Origin: Candidatus Omnitrophota bacterium
Lineage (GTDB): Bacteria; Omnitrophota; Omnitrophia; Omnitrophales; Aquincolibacteriaceae
Reading direction: 5' to 3'
Length of the DNA stretch: 64,000 bases
Assembly: GCA_016196545.1 (NCBI GenBank)
Contig: JACPXM010000020.1
Location: 4,168 to 68,167 of the forward strand
Shown: in pieces, positions 57,522-64,000 of the stretch
Layout: each line of letters opens with the position of its first letter
Position numbering within the stretch: position 1 is the stretch's first letter
Made by a program: the position numbers and the translations under genes
The notes under the pieces: generated by a model
Database searches by the model: none
Seen by the model: only the letters and a program-made list of their open reading frames with translations
Told to the model about the DNA's origin: nothing

Positions 57522-58437
57522 AGTTACGGTTGTCGGAGCGGGATTTGTCGGCGCAACCACGGCGCAACGATTAGTCGAAAAAGATCTCGCGGATGTGGTG
57601 ATGATTGACGTGGTGGAAGGTCTTCCGCAAGGCAAGGCGCTTGATATGATGGAATCGGCGCCGATTGAAGGTTTTAAATCCAAAATTGTCGGATCGAATG
57701 ATTATAAAGACACTCAAAATTCTGATATTGTTGTTGTGACTGCAGGAATTGCGCGTAAGCCCGGAATGACTCGCGATGATTTGGTAAATACAAACGCCGG
57801 AATTGTCGGAAGCGTTGTCACTGAAGCCGTAAAATATTCTCCCAAGGCGATTTTTGTTATTGTTTCCAATCCTCTTGATGTGATGACTTACCTTGCCTGG
57901 AAAAAAACGGGACTCGATACGAAGCGCGTTTTCGGAATGGCGGGCGCGCTTGATTCCGCGCGAATGGCTTATTTTATCGCGGAGGCCGCGGGCTGTCTTC
58001 CTTCCGAAGTTGACGCCACCGTGCTCGGCGGCCACGGCGATGAAATGGTGCCTGTACCCGCGCTCACCAAAGTCAAAGGCAAGTCGATTACGGAAGTTCT
58101 CAAGGCCGACAAAATCGAGGCCATCAATCAACGCACGCGCGACGGCGGCGCGGAAATTGTGAAATACCTCAAAACCGGAAGCGCCTTCTACGCGCCATCT
58201 TCTTCCGTCGTCCGAATGGTAAGCGCGATTCTGCAGGATAAAGGAGAAGTTATTCCTTCTTGTGTTTATCTCACGGGTCAATACGGCTTAAAAGACGTTT
58301 ATTGCGGGGTCCCGGCCAAACTTGGTAAGGGAGGCGTGAAGGAAGTGGTGGAAGTGAAATTATCCCCCGCGGAAAAAGAGGCCCTCCAGAAGTCCGCAGA
58401 GCACGTGCGTGAAAACTGCGCGAAACTAAATTTATGA
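57514..58437 (+). CDS. mdh: Malate dehydrogenase (LDH-like)
   Basis: [27 protein letters not shown]. Confidence 0.95.
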   Translation: MSKVTVVGAGFVGATTAQRLVEKDLADVVMIDVVEGLPQGKALDMMESAPIEGFKSKIVGSNDYKDTQNSDIVVVTAGIARKPGMTRDDLVNTNAGIVGSVVTEAVKYSPKAIFVIVSNPLDVMTYLAWKKTGLDTKRVFGMAGALDSARMAYFIAEAAGCLPSEVDATVLGGHGDEMVPVPALTKVKGKSITEVLKADKIEAINQRTRDGGAEIVKYLKTGSAFYAPSSSVVRMVSAILQDKGEVIPSCVYLTGQYGLKDVYCGVPAKLGKGGVKEVVEVKLSPAEKEALQKSAEHVRENCAKLNL

Positions 58438-58461
58438 AAAGGATTATTTGAGATTATTAAA

Positions 58462-61263
58462 ATGAGCGGCAAGCATTTATTGAAGATTAAGGGGAAAGAT
58501 TATCACTTCTTTCGATTAGAGGTCTCTAGGAAACTTCCCTATTCCATCCGGATTCTGCTGGAGAATTTACTGCGGCATGAAGATGGAAAAGCGGTGCGGC
58601 GGGAAGATATTGAGGCGCTTGCAGCGTGGGATTCTAAACAGACATCGAATAAGGAAATTGCCTTTATCCCTGGCCGGGTGATTCTTCAGGATTTTACGGG
58701 GGTTCCCTGTGTTGTTGATCTGGCTGCGATGCGCGACAAAATCCGTGAAATGCGGGGCGACGCCAAAAAGATCAATCCGCTTGAGCCCGTGGATTTGGTG
58801 ATCGACCATTCCGTGCAAGTCGATGCCTTCGGCTCTCCGGAAGCCTTCCGTAAAAATGTGGAGCTTGAATTCCAAAGAAATAAAGAACGCTACCAATTCC
58901 TTCGCTGGGGCCAGCAGGCCTTTAGAAATTTCCGCGTGGTGCCGCCGGGAACGGGGATCGTTCATCAAGTAAATCTCGAATATCTTGCCGGTGTCATTCT
59001 CACCAAAAAAGTTGGAAACGAAACACTTCTTTATCCGGACACGCTGGTTGGAACGGATTCTCATACCACGATGATTAATGGCCTGGGCGTTCTGGGTTGG
59101 GGGGTGGGCGGCATTGAGGCCGAGGCTGCAATGCTCGGCCAGCCCATTTCCATGTTGATTCCCGAAGTCGTGGGATTTCGCTTCACCGGAAAACTACAAG
59201 AGGGTGCCACGGCAACGGATCTTGTATTGACGGTTACTGAAATGCTCCGCAAAAAAGGTGTGGTTGGAAAATTCGTGGAATTTTTTGGTCCCGGGCTGGA
59301 TCATTTGACGCTCGCCGATCGCGCGACGATTGCCAATATGGCTCCCGAATACGGGGCAACCACGGGCTATTTTCCCGTGGATGTTGAAACTATGAACTAT
59401 CTTAGATTAAGCGACCGGCAGGCAGAACACGTCGAATTAGCAGAGGCTTATTTTAAAGAACAAGGGCTTTTCCGTACTCCAAATTCTCCTGAGCCCGTTT
59501 TCTCCGACACGCTTGAATTAAACCTTTCCCAAATTGAAGCCAGTCTTGCCGGTCCCAAAAGACCCCAAGATCGAGTCGCCCTGAAAAAGGTAAAACAAAA
59601 TTTCCAAGAAACTTTAAAAACAATCATAAAAGGAAAACCGTTGCCTGAAACGGACCCGAGGCGCGTCAATCATTGGCAGGCGGAAGGCGGAAGCACGAAG
59701 CCCTTAGCTGCCCAATTGCAAAAGGAGCCGTTGGAAATTTCTGAGCCGGTTGAAATCCGGACTGAAGATCAATCTTTCAAAATCAATCATGGCTCTGTGG
59801 TGATTGCTGCCATTACAAGCTGCACGAACACATCCAATCCCGCGGTGATGATGGGCGCGGGGCTTCTTGCGAAAAAGGCAGTGGAACGTGGTCTCAACGC
59901 CAAACCTTGGGTGAAAACTTCGCTGGCCCCGGGTTCCAAAGTCGTGATGGATTATTTGGAAAAGACGGGGCTTAAGACCTATCTTGAGAAATTAAATTTT
60001 CATTTGGTAGGCTACGGATGCACCACGTGTATCGGAAATTCGGGGCCGCTTCTCGAGGAAATCGGTGCTGCGGTCAAAGAAAATGATTTATATGTTGCGG
60101 CCGTACTTTCGGGCAACCGCAATTTTGAAGGACGTGTGAACCCTTTGGTGCGCGCCAATTACCTGGCCTCACCTCCGCTTGTTGTGGCCTACGCGCTCGC
60201 GGGGACCGTCGAAAAAGACCTCACCACGGAACCGCTTGGCCAAGATTCCAAGGGAAATCCTGTTTATCTCAAAGACATTTGGCCCACACAAAAGGAAATT
60301 GAAAACGCGATGCGCGAGGTCGATGCCGCCATGTTTCGAAGACAATATGAAAATGTCTTTGACGGTGAAGAGGCCTGGCGCATCATGAAAGTTCCGACCG
60401 GCGACAATTTTCAATGGGATGAAAAATCCACCTACATCAAAAAACCCCCCTATTTTGAGGGGATGCCCCAAGCGCCTTCCGCTCTTCAGGATATTAAAAA
60501 TGCGCGCGTGCTTGTCAGGGTGGGTGATTCCGTCACAACGGATCATATTTCACCCGCAGGCTCCATTGCCAAAGACAGTCCGGCCGCAAAATATTTAATG
60601 GAGCAAGGTGTTTTGCCCAAAGATTTTAATTCTTACGGGGCCCGCCGGGGAAATCACGAAGTCATGATGCGAGGGACTTTCGCGAATACTCGACTCAAAA
60701 ATGAATTGGCCCCAGGTACGGAGGGCGGCTGGACTCGGTATTTTAATTCGCCCTCACCCCAACCCTCTCCCTCAGGGGGAAAGTTGGGTGAGGGGAATAT
60801 CTCGGTTTATGACGCGGCAGTGGAATATCAAAAACAGGCAACGCCGCTTCTTGTCATTGCGGGAAAGGAATACGGCTCAGGATCCTCCCGTGATTGGGCG
60901 GCCAAAGGCCCCGCGCTGCTTGGCGTCAAGGCCGTGATCGCGGAGAGTTTTGAACGCATTCACCGCTCGAATCTCATTGGAATGGGGATTCTTCCGCTTG
61001 AATTTGAACAAGGTCAAACGCGAAAATCATTGGGATTAACCGGGGAGGAGATTTTTTCCATCGAAGGAATTGCAAAGGATCTTGTACCCGGAAAAAAATT
61101 AGCCGTAGGGGCGCGCCCGGAACCGGGCGGGGAAAATCCCACCCCTCCATCAAAACAATTTTTCGTCAAATGCCGGATTGACACCCCGGTGGAACTTGAA
61201 TATTATCGCCACGGCGGTATCTTACAGTACGTATTAAGACAATTAATAGCAGAAAACAAATAA
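58462..61263 (+). CDS. acnA: Aconitate hydratase A with two in-frame palindromic inserts
   Basis: [41 protein letters not shown]. Confidence 0.97.
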   Translation: MSGKHLLKIKGKDYHFFRLEVSRKLPYSIRILLENLLRHEDGKAVRREDIEALAAWDSKQTSNKEIAFIPGRVILQDFTGVPCVVDLAAMRDKIREMRGDAKKINPLEPVDLVIDHSVQVDAFGSPEAFRKNVELEFQRNKERYQFLRWGQQAFRNFRVVPPGTGIVHQVNLEYLAGVILTKKVGNETLLYPDTLVGTDSHTTMINGLGVLGWGVGGIEAEAAMLGQPISMLIPEVVGFRFTGKLQEGATATDLVLTVTEMLRKKGVVGKFVEFFGPGLDHLTLADRATIANMAPEYGATTGYFPVDVETMNYLRLSDRQAEHVELAEAYFKEQGLFRTPNSPEPVFSDTLELNLSQIEASLAGPKRPQDRVALKKVKQNFQETLKTIIKGKPLPETDPRRVNHWQAEGGSTKPLAAQLQKEPLEISEPVEIRTEDQSFKINHGSVVIAAITSCTNTSNPAVMMGAGLLAKKAVERGLNAKPWVKTSLAPGSKVVMDYLEKTGLKTYLEKLNFHLVGYGCTTCIGNSGPLLEEIGAAVKENDLYVAAVLSGNRNFEGRVNPLVRANYLASPPLVVAYALAGTVEKDLTTEPLGQDSKGNPVYLKDIWPTQKEIENAMREVDAAMFRRQYENVFDGEEAWRIMKVPTGDNFQWDEKSTYIKKPPYFEGMPQAPSALQDIKNARVLVRVGDSVTTDHISPAGSIAKDSPAAKYLMEQGVLPKDFNSYGARRGNHEVMMRGTFANTRLKNELAPGTEGGWTRYFNSPSPQPSPSGGKLGEGNISVYDAAVEYQKQATPLLVIAGKEYGSGSSRDWAAKGPALLGVKAVIAESFERIHRSNLIGMGILPLEFEQGQTRKSLGLTGEEIFSIEGIAKDLVPGKKLAVGARPEPGGENPTPPSKQFFVKCRIDTPVELEYYRHGGILQYVLRQLIAENK
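60751..60794. repeat. In-frame palindromic element in acnA (same family as lhgO insert)
   Basis: ccctcaccccaaccctctccc-tca-gggggaaagttgggtgaggg; encodes [15 protein letters not shown]. Confidence 0.85.
61105..61148. repeat. In-frame GTAG-type REP-like element in acnA
   Basis: gtaggggcg-cgcccggaaccgggcg-gggaaaatcccacccctcc; encodes [14 protein letters not shown]. Confidence 0.7.
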
Positions 61264-61341
61264 CAGAAGACAGAGAACCAATGATCGATAAAACTGTTTT
61301 TTTAATTTTTTGTTCTCTTTCCCCCTATCCTCTGAAGCGAC

Positions 61342-61971
61342 ATGGACGCAAACGACATTAAAATATCCCCCCATTTCTGGCTTAGGCGGCTTCACTCGCT
61401 TTCCGGAGTTTTCCCCATCGGCGCCTTCTTGCTGGAGCATATGTTTTCTAATGCCCTGATTATCAAAGGTCCGGCGGCCTACAATGAACAAATCGCTTTC
61501 TTAAGCGGGCTTCCGTATGTGATTTGGCTGGAAATCTTTTTCATTTATTTGCCCATTCTCTTTCACGCCTTTTATGGTTTTTATGTGATGTTTACGGGAA
61601 AAAGCAATTTGATTTGGTATCCCTATCCGGCCAATTGGATGTATTTTTTGCAGCGCGCTTCAGGCGTTATCACCTTTGTTTATGTGTTTTATCATTTTTA
61701 TCACACACGCGGTGTGAATCTTCTCTACGGGACGGAAGTGAGCTTCGCCCGTATGCAAGAGCTTATGAAAAACCCTGCAATATTTTGGTTTTATATCGTG
61801 GGTCTTTTGGCAGTGATGTTTCATTTCGCTAACGGCCTTTGGGGGTTTTTCATCAGCTGGGGCATAACGATCGGCCCTAAATCCCGCGCGGTTTCAGGCG
61901 TCCTTTGCGCCGGCCTCGGCATAACGCTTTTTGTCGTGGGCGTTAACTCCCTCATTCATTTAATCCCATGA
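61342..61971 (+). CDS. sdhC: Succinate dehydrogenase cytochrome b558 subunit
   Basis: RRLHSLSG, EH, FHA, LQRASG, FHFANGLW, WGITIG. Confidence 0.93.
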   Translation: MDANDIKISPHFWLRRLHSLSGVFPIGAFLLEHMFSNALIIKGPAAYNEQIAFLSGLPYVIWLEIFFIYLPILFHAFYGFYVMFTGKSNLIWYPYPANWMYFLQRASGVITFVYVFYHFYHTRGVNLLYGTEVSFARMQELMKNPAIFWFYIVGLLAVMFHFANGLWGFFISWGITIGPKSRAVSGVLCAGLGITLFVVGVNSLIHLIP

Positions 61972-63701
61972 ACTCAAAACCTAAATTCGTAGTGGTGGGT
62001 GGCGGTTTAGCGGGATTGATGACGACCCTCAAACTTGCGGAAGCAGGCTGCCAGATTGATTTAATTTCTGTGGTGCCTTGCAAGCGTTCGCATTCGGTTT
62101 GCGCGCAGGGGGGCATCAACGCCTCGGTTAACACCAAAGGCGAGGGCGACTCTCCACAAATTCATTTCGAAGAAACCATTCTTGGCGGCGACTTTCTTGC
62201 GAATCAGCCGCTTGTGATGGAAATGTGTAAAAATGCCCCGAGCTTTGTTTATATGCTGGACCGGATGGGTGTTCAATTTAACCGCACCCCCGAGGGCCTT
62301 ATCGATTTCCGCCGGTTCGGTGGTACCAAATTTCACCGCACTGCCTTTGCCGGCGCCACCACAGGTCAGCAAATGCTTTACGCACTTGATGAGCAAGTCC
62401 GCCGCTTTGAAGTCGAAGGCAAAGTCATGCGTTTTGAGGGCTGGGAATTTCTTTCGGCAGTGATTGACGACGCCGGCGTTGGCCGTGGTGTTGTTGCGAT
62501 GAATCTCACGAATTTTGAGATTCGAGTCTTCCCTGCGGTGGCTACCGTATTTGCCACGGGCGGCTGCGGCATGATTTACGGCCGTTCCACGATGTCCATG
62601 ATTTGCACGGGCGCTGCGGCGGGCTCGCTTTTTCAGCAGGGTGTTCATTATGCCAACGGCGAATTCATTCAAGTGCATCCCACGGCGATTGCGGGCGAAG
62701 ACAAAAACCGCCTGATTTCCGAAGCCGTGCGCGGCGAAGGCGGCAGGCTTTGGACCTACAAAGAAGGCAAGCGCTGGTATTTTATGGAAGAGTGGTATCC
62801 CAAATACGGGAACCTCGTGCCCCGTGACATTGCCTCACGTGCCATTTTTAAGGTTTGCCGCGAGATGAAGCTCGGCGTGGAGGGCCAGGACATCGTCTAT
62901 TTGGATATTTCGCACATCGATTCGAAAGTCCTTCACGAAAAACTGGGGGGCATCATCGAAATCTACGAAAAATTCATGAATGAAGACCCCAGTAAAGTTC
63001 CGATGCGCGTGTTTCCTTCCGTGCATTATTCCATGGGCGGCATTTATATTGACGGAAGGCATAGGACCAATATTCCAGGACTTTGGGCGGCCGGTGAATG
63101 CGATTATCAGTATCACGGCGCAAACCGTCTGGGCGCGAATTCGCTGCTTTCCGTGCTTCAAGGCGGGCTGACTTCCGCGAAGTCCGCGCAAGAATATGCG
63201 GAAGGTCTAACATCGAGCTTGGATGCAAGTTCCAAATGGTTTGATCAGCAAGTTAAAAAAGAGGAAGCAAAAAATGACGAACTCCTTCGCCGTAAGGGCA
63301 AGGAAAATGCATATTACCTTTGGGAAGAAATGGGGAAGGTGATGACTGACAATGTTACGGTTGTGCGCCACAACAAAAACTTGGAAGCCACCGATAAAAA
63401 GCTTGTGGAATTGAAAGACCGCGCCAAAGAAATTAATGTGATGGACAATTCCAAATGGGCGAATCAAACTTTAGTCTTCACGCGACAGCTCTTAAATATG
63501 CTAGAAATTGCGCGCGTCATTACGCTCGGGGCCCTTGCCCGCAATGAAAGCCGCGGCGCTCATTACAAGCCAGATTTCCCAAATCGCGATGACGCCAATT
63601 GGCTAAAAACCACAGTCGCCAAGTACACACCCAAAGGCCCTGAGCTTTCTTACGAAGCGGTCGATACATCCCTATTGAAGCCGCGGGAGAGAAAGTATTG
63701 A
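61968..63701 (+). CDS. sdhA: Succinate dehydrogenase flavoprotein subunit
   Basis: GGGLAG, RSHSVCAQGG, QVHPT, SEAVRGEGG, HGANRLGANS, ESRGAH. Confidence 0.96.
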   Translation: MNSKPKFVVVGGGLAGLMTTLKLAEAGCQIDLISVVPCKRSHSVCAQGGINASVNTKGEGDSPQIHFEETILGGDFLANQPLVMEMCKNAPSFVYMLDRMGVQFNRTPEGLIDFRRFGGTKFHRTAFAGATTGQQMLYALDEQVRRFEVEGKVMRFEGWEFLSAVIDDAGVGRGVVAMNLTNFEIRVFPAVATVFATGGCGMIYGRSTMSMICTGAAAGSLFQQGVHYANGEFIQVHPTAIAGEDKNRLISEAVRGEGGRLWTYKEGKRWYFMEEWYPKYGNLVPRDIASRAIFKVCREMKLGVEGQDIVYLDISHIDSKVLHEKLGGIIEIYEKFMNEDPSKVPMRVFPSVHYSMGGIYIDGRHRTNIPGLWAAGECDYQYHGANRLGANSLLSVLQGGLTSAKSAQEYAEGLTSSLDASSKWFDQQVKKEEAKNDELLRRKGKENAYYLWEEMGKVMTDNVTVVRHNKNLEATDKKLVELKDRAKEINVMDNSKWANQTLVFTRQLLNMLEIARVITLGALARNESRGAHYKPDFPNRDDANWLKTTVAKYTPKGPELSYEAVDTSLLKPRERKY

Positions 63702-64000
63702 GCCATTCTAACGAAGAAGAAAGAAACAATATCGATCCGTTAAAAAGCGCCATGGAAAGAGGTAGAATTTTTGGCATTGGCGCCACGGGGAAATATAAGA
63801 AGAAACCGATTGTACGTATAGGTTTTTGTATTTTAGCGATTCCGTTATTGGCTGCTGGATTTCGTTTTTCAGTCATTGTATTCAGAGCATTCCCCCTTCA
63901 AGGTGCTGAAGAAAGTTTGGCAACATTATGGATTGGTGTTCTGGCAGCGGGCTCAACACTATTGGCATTAGCATTCGTTGTTAATGCGATAAGAAAATAA
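63698..64000 (+). CDS. Small hypothetical membrane protein following sdhA
   Basis: TTG overlapping sdhA stop; two hydrophobic helices; stop at window end. Confidence 0.45.
   Translation: MSHSNEEERNNIDPLKSAMERGRIFGIGATGKYKKKPIVRIGFCILAIPLLAAGFRFSVIVFRAFPLQGAEESLATLWIGVLAAGSTLLALAFVVNAIRK

Noticed and set aside
57571-58281. 236-aa antisense ORF opposite mdh (also 62061-62678 opposite sdhA, 58567-59064 opposite acnA)
   Set aside because: Shadow ORFs from codon bias of conserved genes; no motifs or start signals
59620-59780. Extra segment in AcnA ([18 protein letters not shown]...) as another palindromic insert
   Set aside because: Known variable linker of AcnA with a typical EGG motif; no DNA symmetry seen
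61264-61341. cagaagacagagaac...gttctc...tcctctg weak hairpin between acnA and sdhC as ncRNA
   Set aside because: Degenerate, short, single instance; at most a decayed repeat or terminator
1-64000. CRISPR array, tRNA/rRNA, transposase, defence systems
   Set aside because: No regularly spaced repeats, cloverleaf or recognisable motifs found by eye; a tRNAscan/Infernal run would be needed to exclude small RNAs

Overview
Bacterial chromosomal window with four parts. (1) 1-4.7 kb: housekeeping genes (RsmB-type methyltransferase, cobO, GDPD, trmJ, pyrE) and two TIGR04073-like exported proteins. (2) 4.9-43.1 kb: a single-strand ~38 kb surface-glycan locus. It is headed by a sigma70 promoter, a small Xis/BldC-like HTH gene, a UpxY/LoaP-type NusG paralog and a possibly structured spacer. 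It encodes many GT4/GT2/GT87 glycosyltransferases, 5 methyltransferases, 2 sulfotransferases, 2 deacetylases, GNAT, SGNH, a NodU-type carbamoyltransferase, an ABC flippase, a Wzy-like protein and a priming transferase. (3) 43-56 kb: ygfZ-like, mutY, AmmeMemoRadiSam radical SAM, a GAF protein, a Gld-like ABC system, a hydrolase, lhgO and suhB. (4) 56-64 kb: TCA cluster icd-mdh-acnA-sdhC-sdhA. Gene content is suggestive of a PVC-group organism such as Ca. Omnitrophota (inference only). The most unusual signal is several families of short palindromic (REP/RPE-like) elements that occur both between genes and in frame inside housekeeping enzymes (LhgO, AcnA twice, TrmJ, probably MutY). Other signals are candidate leaderless genes, a homopolymer frameshift, a glycosyltransferase without a canonical start, and an antisense gene embedded in a same-strand gene run. 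No rRNA, tRNA, CRISPR array or transposase was recognised. All family assignments come from motif recognition by eye, not database searches.
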